From positions 29,946,001-30,010,000 of the forward strand of contig NC_043004.1 in assembly GCF_006345805.1 (NCBI RefSeq): a DNA stretch of 64,000 nucleotides, given 5' to 3'. Numbering within the stretch: position 1 is the first letter of the stretch; every line of letters starts with the position of its first letter. The stretch is from Octopus sinensis (lineage: Eukaryota). The translations under genes and the position numbers were made by a program. Below the pieces are notes generated by a model. It ran no database searches, was not told the DNA's origin, and worked only from the letters and a program-made list of their open reading frames with translations. Shown here in pieces: positions 52,091 through 64,000 of the stretch.

Positions 52091-52431
52091 TAAAGACCCC
52101 CTTCGGTCATGAATGACCATGGGATTGCACCTAGAAAGTTACCCTCCTAGACACAAGTCCGGGCAAGGTTGTTTATGGAAGGCTAGCAGTCGCCCATGCA
52201 TACCAGCCTCCCCTCTCCACGCCACCAGTGTTATCCAAGGGAAAGACAAAGGTCGATACAGCTTGGCACCTGTGACGTCGCAACTCATTTCTACAGCTGA
52301 GTGAACTGGAGCAACGTGAAATAAAGTGCCTTGCTCGAGAACACAACACGCAGCCCGGTCCGGGATTCGAGCTCACAACCTCACGATCGTAAGCTCGACG
52401 CTCTAACCACTGAGCCATCCACTTCTGACAG

Positions 52432-52476
<45 letters not shown>

Positions 52477-52887
52477 CATATATATATATATATATACACA
52501 CACACATACACATGGGAGAGAAAGAGAGAGTGTCCAACAATAACAAATAGAATATAATTCAAATGCATACGTGTATGTTGTTTCTTGATGGGGTCCCATT
52601 CAGAGTTTCCAACATCCCACGTGATGTCATATGATTCCATGCTGCCTTCTGTGTCAAAAGATTTTGCTTGTTCCACTTCTTCAGACTTCCGTCTTAGCTG
52701 CTTTAAAGTATTTGATGAATCAGCATTCGCTAACACTGCACATAGAGATAATTAAGTAACGGTTAAGATAAATAGAATCACACACATCTAATGATTTGTA
52801 GAAATCGTTCACTTGTTTTTAATGTGGTTTTCAATACCAAATGCTTTCATCACATTCTTGCGACCTATTCACTTAATTCTGTTACAT

Positions 52888-52934
<47 letters not shown>

Positions 52935-52977
52935 AGAGAGAGAAAGAGAGAAATCATATGGAAGCCTGCTGAGTGAG

Positions 52978-53016
<39 letters not shown>

Positions 53017-56000
53017 AAGTGCGTGTGCATGTACATGCACATTATTGCATTTATTATGAACTAATTACCAATCCACATGATCTAAAATTAGGGCTCTTAT
53101 CAGAAAGCGAAGCTTAGTGACAAATTTAACATGTGCCTTCTCTTCAAACTGGAATTCATTCAGGATTTCTAAGTCTGTGGAAATTTCTGTTTGCAGAATT
53201 AAAGAAAAATCAATTTGTAACTTAAAAGAGTGGATGACCTGATTTAGATGATCTTAAGGTGAATATTGTTGTAATCAATATAGTAGATAGTAACAAGAAT
53301 AAAAATAATATAGACCTATATTCCATTGGGAACAGAGAAACAGTTTTGCTCTTTTTGCACAAACCATGTACCCAGCAGGTTCAATGGGAATCTCTGGCAA
53401 ACTAGCAGAAAATCAGGACTATGATACATTCATTAGATTAATGGTGTGCCCCCATGCACTGATTCAGGCACCATTGGTAAAAGCCAAACATAATTAGAAA
53501 GTAAAAGAAAAAAGCCAGCATTTTGCCTATCAGTCTTTGCAATCAATTTAATTACAGTTTAATTAAAGTGTTCTAAAAAGGGTTGCCTTAAGTTAGCTAT
53601 AACTGGAGACCATTTTGAACATTAAAGAATTTTCCTCTTTCTTTGATTAACCATTCATGAACAAGCTGCTCTTAGATCCACCCGTCTACTTTTTCTGGTT
53701 TCACCTCCACAGAATGGAAACAGATGCCTTAATTAACAAAGCCTGTTAAACCACATGAGAAATCATTTGCCATTTGTTATTTCGACTAAAAACATGTTAT
53801 CTGCTTTTTCTCTTTATTGATAGCCATTATCTGCTTGTAGACAGTTTATCGTAGAAACATGGAAATATGATTAACACCTTTTCTAAAATACAAATTACAC
53901 AGTTGATTTGGTAAAACACAACGACATACATTTTCTCAAAGACATTTTATGTAAACTTATATTGATTGATGTGTTATACTCAATGTCTAAATAGCTGTTC
54001 TATTTAAAACCAGTGCTCACAGACCATGTGCTACAATCTAACTACAAATCAACTTGTACCAATAAGATTTGAAGAGATCTACTTCTGCTGGTATGTGGAA
54101 AATGAGGAGTGAATGATTCATAATCTATTATTGTTGTTGTTGCTATCTATGAACATTCCTTTGTCTACAAACACTTTTCTTTGGATACATATGCTAAGAA
54201 GGAGTGTAAGAAAGAGGGAGACACTGAGAGAGGGGCTTAGTGATTTAAAGTATAATTGAAATTCTATAATTAAGTAGTTGTAGTTGTGTTATAACAAAAA
54301 TAAGGAGCTTGTAGATTCAGAAAGTTTTCAGCAGAATTCTAAGACCTGTATTTTAGTATTTGTTGAATTAAGAGAAGTTGGCAAAAATAGTAACATTTCA
54401 GACTATAACATTAGTTAGATTAAGTATTAGTATATTTAATAGTCAGAGCATCAAAGAACTAATTAGAAATAAGTATGTATTGAGATAAATCGGTAACTAA
54501 GTGCTAACATATTTAATGCTTTAGAGCATTAAAAGGCTAACTAACAATAAATGTATAGAAATATAAACAGATAGACATAGAGACTGGGAAGTTAGCATCA
54601 AGATGTTTCAGGCAGAGAGCATTGAAAAGCTAATGTGTGTGTGTATGTGTGTGTGTGTTAGTTCTAACTTAATATCATTTTCATTTTTTAGAAGAATTAC
54701 AATATTTAATTTTGAATCTCCAGGTTCTAAGTCCAAATTTCCACAAAGACAGCTTTACTTTGCTTCATTCAATTGATCCTACCAAAATCATACAACTGAA
54801 AAAATGTCTTTTTTGTGTGTGTGTGTGAGTGGAGAAGGGGTGGGAGAAGAGTAAGTTTACAGAAACACTGGTAAATGAATATCCTAGAATGAATTGCAAA
54901 AACTGAGGAGTAACATGAGTGCTACCATAACGAATATAGTGAACCAAGAAATTTTAATTAATAAAATTACAGCCAAGACAGGTGAAAAGAAACAATACCT
55001 TTATGATTAATTCTGGTCTAGAGACGGGAGTCAACCATAAAATTTTATTTAATTAAAATTAGAATAAAGTGGAATGGATTTTATGTAGGACAGTATGGAT
55101 ATAACTCTGAATATATTTTTATGTTATTAAATCACATCAGTAACGTATAGTCCAGTGGTTCTCAAACTGGGGTCTGTGGTCCCTTAGGGGACTGTGAAGT
55201 GATTTTAGGGAGCCCACGAAGAGACAGTGGAGTACTGTGAAAATGGGGTGGCTTGAGACAGTTAAGTTTTAAAATTTCAAGACTTTCAATTTTTTTTTTT
55301 GCATGCTATCCTCCTTTTTTGTCATTGGCGTCAAAAACCCATGTCACTCCTACACACTCATTTGCTATTCACACCTGTGTGAATATACACACAAGTGTGA
55401 CTGGCTGACAGAAAATATGCGGTTATAAGAGTTGATCATGCATGTGTTGTTGGTATTTTTCGTTTCTCATTTGTTTTGTTGTTTTGTAACTAATTAATCA
55501 ACTGATTCCCTGTATTTTCACAAGCATTTATTGTATCCCAATGGGGCATTGTCTAAATTAAGTTGTGGATTTTGAGGCTGCGGGTCTATGAGCAGTGCGG
55601 TTCAAAGCCTGGAAATTATGGTACATAAATGCATGTTCTTTTTCTCCATGCAGATTATCTTGCATTTTATAGGGGACCATGAATCATCAAAAAAACCTCT
55701 ATGGGGACTGGCACATAAAATTCTTCATAAAGTTTGAGAACCACAAGTATAGTATACCCATTACGTCTACAAATCAGAATGAATAGAGAAAATATAAAGA
55801 GAATAAACTTAAGATGGAAACATGGACATAGTGGTCACTGTATCAAATTTGCTCACCATTGTTTTTCATTGCTATAATCAATTTTCATCAATTAAAATTC
55901 TAGGATTGTCTCCCCTACTTTTGTGACCAGTTAGTCATTTACATTTTGATTTTCTTATCCACACTATGAATGTCATTTTTAGGGTATGAAAATGTCTTGG

Positions 56001-58619
56001 GTCATTAAATCAAGTACATTACATAAAATTAAGTACATTTATAGTGTTAGGTTTTTGTGAGGTCAATTTTAACATTTGAACAAGTATAAATAAACTAAAT
56101 ATTAATAATCAATAGGGGTTTATTTAATTTAGTTGATTACACCAGTCAGTGAAGAATACAAGGCTTTCTGTTTAGTCAAACAACAATTGTTACAAGAAGA
56201 TGTTTTGAAAAGTTGACCACTAATAATGTTATTTAAGCAACATGAAACCTCTATTGTTACTTACATCTGTGTGTGTAACTGCAAACTAACATATTGCTAG
56301 TTAGCTACATCATCTGCCTATACACATCACAATGTGTATTTATTTTTGGAAATCTAGATTGCTAGTTACCTGTATCCCCTATCTACACATGTCATAATAT
56401 GTATATCTGCACATCACCTCCATACACACCACAATGCATGTGTCTGTTTGCAGAGAAATACATTGATATAGTTAGCTATATCAGTATCGCTACACTCACA
56501 TCATAATGTGTATAATAACTAACTGTAGTTAGCTAGCTACATTACCTACCTACACTAACGTCAAACAATGTCGGTATACTTTAGAAATTCAATCAAGAAA
56601 TCATGTTTAAGCTATAAAGTATTGAATAATCACCCAACAGAAATATTTCTGTTTTCTGCTATAAAAGCCACAACAGTTACTAGCACATCATTCCACTTGA
56701 TAGATATAGTAGCTAAATTTCCCTAAAATGATGCTCTCTAATCTTAAAACTGGATGGACATTGGACATGGTCATCTAATACAAATCCTAAAAAGGTAGGG
56801 TGGTCATGGATTTTCATTCTAGGTTAGGTGTGACCTGGGCTGACCTGGGACTAATCAATGATACCCACCGAAACATAAATATTAACCTCACACACTGCCA
56901 TCACTTGCAGCTAAGTTTACTGATTTTACACAGTTAAGACTCAACTGTAAAACTCTACTGAAGGGAAATGGAATGTACTTAAATTTATATCTATTTTATA
57001 GGTTAGACATAGTAATTAGGGAACATTCATGACAATTTTTAGGGCTTCCAAAACTGATAGCAGGTAATGAAGAAGTTATTTTGAGAGGTAACATTGACCT
57101 AAATGCTTGCAACAGAAAGCATCTGCTAAAGACATCCAAGCATCAAGAAAGAGCCAGTGTTGAACTGAATGATGGATTAAAGGTCAGCAGGTTGTGTTAA
57201 ACTGGAGAATGGATTAGGGGCCAGTTGATAGTGGAGAGACGAGAGAAAGATAGGGGGAGTTACCTCCCGCTTTTATGCTAATTTTTGCTGTCATATTTTC
57301 ATTTCTAACTCAATCCATTCACATACACTGTCTTCCTCTCCCACACATATACTTTACCCTCCCCCACATAGACACTCTTTACCCTTTCCTGGAAGTATTT
57401 TGAAAAAAATTAGTTAATTTTTGAGCTGGATGTTTGGATGTAATTATTTGATATATTAGAAGAGTTGAAAGTCAATAAATAGAACAGGCATTACTCTTAT
57501 ATCAAAAAGTGTAGCAGACACTATTTATAAATATATAATCAAAGTAGATATTGCTTATAAATAAGCATTCATATATTACTTATAGATTAACAAATACATC
57601 AAACATTACCTTTAAAGACAACAAGTCTATAACATATAGCAAATAGACCAAACATTTACTTTTAAAGATCAGAAGTAGATCAGACATTACTTATAAAACA
57701 ATATATAGAGTTGCTTATGAAGACAATGAGCCAAAGAGGGAACCTCTACATAGTTGCTCAACCTGCAACAAGTAGTAGCCAAACTGCTTTTAATCACACA
57801 CAATCATCTTAAAAAAAAAGTAAGAAAACAATTAATAGTGTAGTCTTAGATATTACAGAGTCTGAAAATAAGATGTATTATGTCTGCTTTATCTCTGACT
57901 ATAGGTCTGCTTGGTCAAAGCTGATATTGGGTTAAACAACAAAATAAATACAGCAGATGTTACTTACAGGCAGGAGAAGCCATATTCTGTAACTGTAGAC
58001 GTAAAGTTAATGAGAGCGCCGACTGGTAATCCTGGCCACCATCAGAGATATGTGACAACAATTCTTCGACTTGAGCTATCAAATTGGCTAATACTTCAAC
58101 AGGAACACAATCAGCAGAATGTTGGCTAGTCTCTAGACTTGCATCAGTTTGGGTTGATCCATCTACCCATGACGTATTCAACAAATTGAGATGTTTTATT
58201 TCAATTTGTTTAGTCTTTAACAATTTACGTTCACGAATTGAACGTAATGTTTCAGCTAAGAGTTCATGTGAACTGCTGCTGGTATCTTCATCATCACCAT
58301 CTTCATCCTCTTCTTCTTCATCTTCTTCTTCCTCCTCTTCAGCTTCAGCGTTCGAGTCAACGTAAGCCAGTTGACTCTTGTCTGCTTCTTCAGCATCATA
58401 GAAGACATCTTCACCTGAGTCAAAGTCATCATCAATATCACATTCAGTTTCTTTGTGGACAACAGGTTGTAAGGTGTTCTCCCCTAATTTGACTTCAGTT
58501 GCTGTTGGAGTTTCATCTCCATCAGTTGACTTTGTAGCAGCAAAAGTCTCCTTACAGTTGTTGGAACATTCATCATTGATACCTTCTGATGCTGGGTCCT
58601 TGTCCACCTTGTTTCCCAT
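28309..58619 (-). CDS. BIVM: BIVM-family (basic immunoglobulin-like variable motif) protein, 8 coding exons, 1857 nt = 618 aa plus stop
   Basis: The spliced product contains [51 protein letters not shown] and [22 protein letters not shown], matching recalled vertebrate BIVM motifs. All introns are GT-AG with matching phases. Confidence 0.9.
29883..29966 (-). CDS. BIVM: BIVM-like exon (84 nt; [27 protein letters not shown])
   Basis: ttttattttag|G ... AA|gtaagt; phase 2 to 2. Confidence 0.9.
30010..31062 (+). repeat. Tandem duplication of a retroelement-tail repeat (full copy ~30010-30578 with AAT tail; truncated copy ~30646-31062)
   Basis: Two nearly identical copies of aatgccctgatgcagtaccaggcagtggctttcatgg..., about 625 bp apart. 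Confidence 0.9.
31588..31711. repeat. Near-perfect 124-nt hairpin in a BIVM intron
   Basis: gctgaggttcactacagctgtttcagacatgttttt..ttaca TAAT tgtaa..aaaaacatgtctgaaacagctgtagtgaacctcagc. Confidence 0.95.
32611..32835 (-). CDS. BIVM: BIVM-like exon (225 nt; [11 protein letters not shown]...[28 protein letters not shown])
   Basis: tttttatttcag|A ... TC|gtaagt; phase 2 to 2. Confidence 0.9.
34318..34422 (-). CDS. BIVM: BIVM-like exon (105 nt; [35 protein letters not shown])
   Basis: cttttatttcag|C ... AA|gtaagt; phase 2 to 2; matches PITQEEALHILGFQPPF. Confidence 0.88.
34621..36800 (-). mobile_element. Internally deleted Helitron derived from an autonomous element (5' end approximate)
   Basis: 3' end aacccaggtaacgtcagatatttctgCTAG|t. 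Coding remnants: [60 protein letters not shown], then [11 protein letters not shown] and [10 protein letters not shown]. Confidence 0.88.
37503..37701. repeat. Near-perfect fold-back (~95-bp arms, short A-rich loop)
   Basis: atatagaaaatagtaaagagtg..tgtctgaagaatatt / aatattcttcagaca..cactctttactattttctatat. Confidence 0.95.
37825..38708. mobile_element. Mariner-derived non-autonomous element with ~220-bp inverted ends
   Basis: TA|cgaagtctgatcaataagtatc ... gatacttattgatcagaccacg|TA. Internal [29 protein letters not shown] on plus and [12 protein letters not shown] on minus. Confidence 0.88.
40985..41080 (-). CDS. BIVM: BIVM-like exon (96 nt; [31 protein letters not shown])
   Basis: ctttgtctatcaaacag|G ... 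AA|gtaggt; phase 2 to 2. Confidence 0.92.
41400..42450 (-). mobile_element. Head-to-tail array of about 5 copies of a tRNA-derived SINE with (ATT)n tails; further copies at 44440-45065 (3), 46170-46430 and 49120-49325, and in opposite orientation at ~7170-7365 and ~8480-8620
   Basis: Repeated ggtttcaaatttt..ggtacttattttat(t/c)gacc..aaggatgaaaggcaaagt..gaatttgaactcagaa units separated by (AAT)n. Confidence 0.85.
42718..43034. repeat. Inverted repeat (~90-bp arms, ~130-bp spacer)
   Basis: ttattggttgaacaatatttcgacagcaagcctgtctttgttgagttcaaaataaaaagtgat and its reverse complement at ~42955-43020. Confidence 0.92.
46600..49050 (+). pseudogene. Heavily degraded Helitron Rep/helicase coding remnant
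   Basis: Ordered motif remnants: [73 protein letters not shown], then a GDF helicase motif near 48940. Confidence 0.65.
49620..49725 (-). CDS. BIVM: BIVM-like exon (106 nt; [35 protein letters not shown])
   Basis: cttttcttttcgtag|T ... TG|gtgagt; phase 1 to 2; matches RKVLDLRRW. Confidence 0.9.
50122..50490 (+). mobile_element. Full-length tRNA-derived SINE
   Basis: Head ggtgcaggtgtagctgtgtggtaagaagcc..gggttcagtgcc; body as at 13172-13497. Confidence 0.8.
52088..52428 (-). mobile_element. Young tRNA-derived SINE with a CORE-like central block
   Basis: Minus-strand head gaagtggaTGGCTCAGTGGttagagcg..GCTCGAATCCcgg; gtgttctcgagcaaggcactttatttcacgttgctccagttcactcagctg; CpGs largely retained. 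Confidence 0.8.
52571..52735 (-). CDS. BIVM: BIVM-like exon (165 nt; [12 protein letters not shown]...[18 protein letters not shown])
   Basis: tatctctatgtgcag|TG ... C|gtatgc; phase 1 to 1. Confidence 0.82.
55153..55746. mobile_element. hAT (Charlie/Buster-type) MITE
   Basis: TIRs cagtggttctcaaact / agtttgagaaccacaa; 8-bp TSD gtatagtc (55145-55152) and gtatagta (55747-55754). Confidence 0.88.
57968..58619 (-). CDS. BIVM: BIVM-like first coding exon (acidic, probably disordered N-terminus; exon acceptor at 58626)
   Basis: ctctattttgttag|GCTATAATG ... T|gtaagt; open 652 nt; phase 1 matches the next exon. Confidence 0.8.
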
Positions 58620-59221
58620 TATAGCCTAACAAAATAGAGAGAAATAGAATGCTGAAATTTGTAGATTATTGTATGTATGACGAAAGACAAGGTTAGAGAA
58701 AAAAATCAAAGATTATAATAAAATACCATCATACTACAATGTAAAACATGATTAATAAAAATAATAGGAGATATAACAAAACTGGAACCCCACTTGCTGT
58801 AAAATGGTACCATCACTTATATTCTTATATATATATATACACACACACATATATACATACATATATATATATATATATACATACATACATATATATGCAC
58901 ATATACAAATGTATTCATATATAATGTATATGTAATATATATATATATATATAATATATCAATATATATGTATATATATATATGTATACATATGTGTATA
59001 CATATATATGTATATATATGTGTATATATATATGTATGTATACATATATATGTATATATATATGTATGTATATATAAATGTATATGTATGTGTGTGTATA
59101 TATATATATATATATAATTAATAATAATAATATTAGGGAGTAAATCCAAACTTACAGGGAAAAATTAGATTTAGGATTAAATCTAATTTTAAAGTATAAA
59201 TATATATATATATATTTATAT

Positions 59222-59385
59222 TAAATTAGAGATAAAACCACTATTAGGCAAATCAAACAGTGAAAATCATAAACCAATACATAATTTTATATTTTATATT
59301 TTTTTTATTAATTAATTTTATTTCTATGTATTGGTTTATGATTTTCACTGTTTGATTTGCCTAATAGTGGTTTTATCTCAATTTA
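59222..59385. repeat. Fold-back (~61-bp arms, 41-nt AT-rich loop)
   Basis: gagataaaaccactattaggcaaatcaaacagtgaaaatcataaaccaatacata and its reverse complement. Confidence 0.92.
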
Positions 59386-59691
59386 GTATATATATATACA
59401 CATATACATGTATGTATATATATGTATATATATACCCATATATGTATATATATATATATACACATATATGTATGTGTATATATATATACACATATGTATG
59501 TGTATATATATACACATATGTATATGTACATATATACATATATGTATATATAATACATATATATATATATATGTATATTATTATTATAATTATTAGGGAA
59601 GATTAATTCCAAGTCCACAGGAATGAGACATTCAAATTAAAGGCACTAAAGTGAACTTCTCTCAATATTTTATTCATATATATAAAAGCAG

Positions 59692-60583
59692 TTTTAGAGA
59701 CAGAACCACCCTCAACTCAATCAACATTGAAAGACATTATACACAACCGAGCCATAAAATATTAAATATGATATTTACTATATCTACTCAGAATCCCATA
59801 CTTTCCATTTTAAAGACAACACATGCTTCATGACAGTATGTTGGTATTGTTGAGATATAAGGTCTCTAGTTTCAATACTCAATTAGATTGACGTACTCCC
59901 AATCTTCAGGTCTGGATTCTACACTTTTTTTTTACTCTATCTACATCCTATATAATGATAATTGAAATTATTTTACTAAAAATTGTTAACATAATTTTAC
60001 TTTAAAAATTAATGAATAAAAAAAAAGAAACAATGAATGAACCTAAAAATTTAAGGAATAAAAGAGGATAAAGAATACGAATAAAAAATACAAATAAATA
60101 ATATGAAATAAAAATAAAAATAATGAACAAAATGCATGTTAACTTATCTATTTGTGGTTCCCTCCCAGCGAAAATTAAACATGGCTACATTTTGCAAATA
60201 ACGTTCAATCCACACTTGATAATTCTGATGTTCATTGTTTTTATTTTTATTTTTATTCATTAATTTGTAAAGTAAAATTATGTTAACGATTTTTAGACAA
60301 ATAATTTCAATTATCATAGAGTTATATAGGATGTAGATAGAGTAAAAAACGTGTAGAATCCAGACCTGAAGATTTGGAGTACGTCGATCTAATTGAGTAT
60401 TGAAACTAGAGACCTTATATCTCAACAATACCTACATACTGTCATGAAACACATGTTGTCTTTAAAATGGAAAGTATGGGATTGTGAATAGATATAGTAA
60501 ATATCATATTTAATATTTTATGGCTTGGTTGGGTATAATATCTTTCAATGTTGATTGAGCTGAGGGTGGTTCTGTCTCTAAAA
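59692..60583. repeat. Large inverted duplication (~345-bp arms, ~190-bp spacer) of a PLE-like terminal segment
   Basis: 59692-60037 is the reverse complement of 60231-60583; the right arm ends at a (TA)n tract. Confidence 0.92.
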
Positions 60584-60815
60584 TTATATATATATATTAT
60601 ATACAGATACATATGTACACATATATATATGTATATATACATATGCATATAAATATATATATACATACACACACATATATATACATATATATATACATAC
60701 ACACACACACATATATATACATATATATATACATACACACACACACATATATACATATATATATACATACACACACACACATATTATACATATATATATA
60801 CATACACACACACAC

Positions 60816-60851
<36 letters not shown>

Positions 60852-60925
60852 TATATATACATATATATACATACACACACACACATATATATACATATAT
60901 ATATACATACACACACACAATATAC

Positions 60926-60956
<31 letters not shown>

Positions 60957-61020
60957 TATATATATATAATACACACATATATATATATATATATACCAAT
61001 ATACATACATAATATACACC

Positions 61021-61055
<35 letters not shown>

Positions 61056-61105
61056 TATATATATATATATATACATATATATACATATATATATATATAT
61101 ATAAT

Positions 61106-61150
<45 letters not shown>

Positions 61151-61171
61151 TATATATATATATATATACAC

Positions 61172-61250
<79 letters not shown>

Positions 61251-61449
61251 TATATATATATTATATATACATTGTGGTGTGTGTAGGAGGTGATGTGCAG
61301 GTATACACATCGTTTTGGGATCTCCACTACTTTATTATCTCCCTTTCTTCTTAGCTCTCCTGTGTGACCCCTCCGTCCAGCATTTGCCATGATAGATTGC
61401 TAGCCACTAAAGCTTTTTCTTTTTTCTCTCCCTGTTTATTTCTGTGTTC

Positions 61450-61488
61450 CTTTCTGTTGAAGAGCATAGGCTCAAAATGTAAAAGACT
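61450..61488 (+). ncRNA. Decayed hammerhead family A copy within a pLTR-type fragment (61405-61575)
   Basis: cttt CTGTTGA a GAGC-atag-GCTC AAAA TG TA aaag; three CpG-type transitions relative to 683-720, including G12. Confidence 0.5.
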
Positions 61489-61758
61489 TTCTCACTTTCC
61501 GAGTGTTAAACTAATACATCTGTTTGTTGTTTACGCACCCGTCTTCATTTTTTGTTTTTTTGTAAATTCTCACTATATACATATATACATACATATATAC
61601 ACTTACATATATATATATACATATATACATATATACACATACATTTACATATGCATATATTTATATACATATATATACATATTTATATACATATACATAT
61701 ATATATACATATACATATATTTATATACATATCTATATACATATACATATATATATAT

Positions 61759-61789
<31 letters not shown>

Positions 61790-61953
61790 CACGCACACAT
61801 ATATATATATATACATATAAACATATACATGTTTGACTAAAATGTGGTGCTCCAGGATGGCCATAGTCAAATGACTAAAACAATATAAGGAATGTATATA
61901 TATATACATATATACCTATACACATATATACACACACACACACACATATATAA

Positions 61954-62007
<54 letters not shown>

Positions 62008-62289
62008 TATATATATATATATATACACATATACATATACATAAATTATATATATATTTACTTTGATATTTCCATTTGTGATACTTAATGTAATTAATAT
62101 TTTTAACAAGAGAAAAAAACTCATTATTTGATTATCACAGTTTATGTGAAGATCTTTTCATAATCTTAAGGAAGGTACTTTAATCATCAGAAAGTAAAAT
62201 CATTCTTAGTAAATTATTATTAGCATATAAAACATCAATAACGAAAATGAATTAAGATACACATTGAAATCATTTTTATCAAGCAAAAA

Positions 62290-63650
62290 AGAATAGTGAA
62301 GAACTCTTTTGATGTCACAATGGGAAGCTATGACAGTGCAGTTGTGTATCTAGTTAGGATTTTTTATCCTATGTATAATCCAAGCAATAAAGGAAAGGAG
62401 GCCAATATAATATAAAGGTGGTATATAATAAAATGGATAGTATTAGGAAATAACTGGGAATATTAACACAACTTTGATCTAAGAATCACTGGCAAAACCA
62501 ATTTTAAAGCATTCAAGTAGTTTGACATTAATATAGACCTTAGTACAGATAAATATTATCCCTGCCATAAACTAAATGAAAAAACCATGAACATAAATAG
62601 ACACTCAAATCTCCCACCATCTATTATAGAACAAATTACCAAAAATACAAGTAGACGCATTTCAGGCATATCTTCAGATGAACCCACTTACAATAAAGCT
62701 GTTGTAGACTATATAAAACAACGTACTGGTGATGTCCAACTTTAAAAAAAGATCCTGTGGTTCAATCCACCAAATGGTATGAATGTAATAACAAACACAG
62801 CTAGATGTATCCTCAACCCTAGTCAACATTGACTTCACATGAACACAAACATAAATTTGAAATATTCAACAGATGTACAGTTTAACTAAGTTAAAGCTAC
62901 ATTCTTAACAAGCTTACAAATCTTCAACCACAAAAAACCCCAGTTTACTCTGCACAATACTTATGCAACATCAGATCTCCATGAACACTGTCCTTGAGAA
63001 ACATCCCTGATGTACATGGCATGATAAAAAATTGTATTTGACTTACAGGGAACATCTTTAAGAAAATATTCACACAATATTCATTCAGAGTTAGAAGCAA
63101 ATGTAATATGATAACATTATCCAAACCTGTATAGATCCTAAAGGACTGCTGAGTAGTTAATCCATTCATAAACTGGAGTATTGTTGCTAAAACCAATCAA
63201 TATAATGGATAAGGCAGCAGGTGTAATCTCTGCATTACAGAGAAGCTAAAGGCTTTGACCTTATCAGCAAATGCAATCAATATATGGTAAGAAACATTTT
63301 CTCCTTGCATAAACAGAATCCATTTCAAATTACAAAGTTTTATACACATCCCCAACCATCAAACTATAAACGCAACCTGATTGTTCTGGCTCTTTTCACA
63401 CCTCGTACTCCATTTTCTAAGTTCCTCAACTCTACAACACTCCACAAACACAACATCTATTTAGTTTATAAATACTTAAACCCTGTAAAACCCTACACCT
63501 CCCAAACTGATTACATCCATCATCTAAAAACTTAATATCAACCTTTAACAATACAACAGCAAATATACACCAACAGATCAAATCTCCAACAACTAAACCC
63601 TCCTCCTGCATTCACAAAACACCTTCCCAAGAATGAATGAAAGCATTTTG
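62290..63650 (+). mobile_element. Degenerate Penelope-like element RT and C-terminal region (Naiad-like motifs), interrupted at ~62940-63270
   Basis: Broken frames give LFDVTMGSYDS, KYYPCHK..INRHSNLPPSIIEQI..RRIS, LWFNPP..NVITN and YKYLNPVKPY. Confidence 0.75.
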
Positions 63651-64000
63651 CATCATTTTCAGAATATAATATAAATTGAACGCACACCAATATTTACATA
63701 TAAAATTTGTGAATATATATTTATAATAACAATGGGCAAAGAATAAGACATGGATGCAAAACAAGAATGCCTCTCTCTCAACCTGTACCCATTATTCATA
63801 CATCTGCTATGCAACATAAGGTACTGTATACTCTGTTCCCAATTATCTATCAACCATATTGCAGTGACACTGAGATAGTCTAGTGATGGTACTATACACT
63901 CAATATTCAGTCACACCATATACACAATGGTTGATAAGAAATAGGAATGATTACCTATGAGGTAGACATATTGGAGACACTTGATACAATATACGTACAA

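Noticed and set aside
52335-52428. tRNA gene
   Set aside because: It has A and B boxes, but the anticodon and acceptor stems do not pair and it runs into a SINE body.
60361-60415. CTGAAGA...GAAAC as another hammerhead (mirror copy at ~59860-59915)
   Set aside because: No U-H cleavage site after the CTAG palindrome, stem II does not close on the core, and stem I does not pair.

Overview
This is AT-rich, repeat-dense animal genomic DNA. The SINE/LINE families, long (TA)n tracts and intron sizes suggest an octopus or other coleoid cephalopod (inference). One multi-exon gene can be assembled: a BIVM-family gene on the minus strand with 8 coding exons (58619 to 28309, 618 aa, all splice phases consistent), in which the Cys of the conserved QYxxSCG motif is replaced by Ala. 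A separate plus-strand ORF (14925-15185) encodes a diverged ubiquitin (46/76 identical, ending RLPGG plus a 10-aa tail), with a splice acceptor just upstream and AATAAA just downstream. The rest is transposon debris: CR1- and RTE-type LINEs, tRNA-derived SINEs, Penelope-like elements, four Helitrons, a Tc1 element with DD36E spacing, a mariner fold-back, and hAT elements. The most striking non-coding signal is a set of minimal type I hammerhead ribozyme motifs from three distinct sequence families (five copies). At least eight long fold-back inverted repeats are also present, many next to (TA)n tracts. All calls were made by eye and from recalled family motifs; no searches were run.
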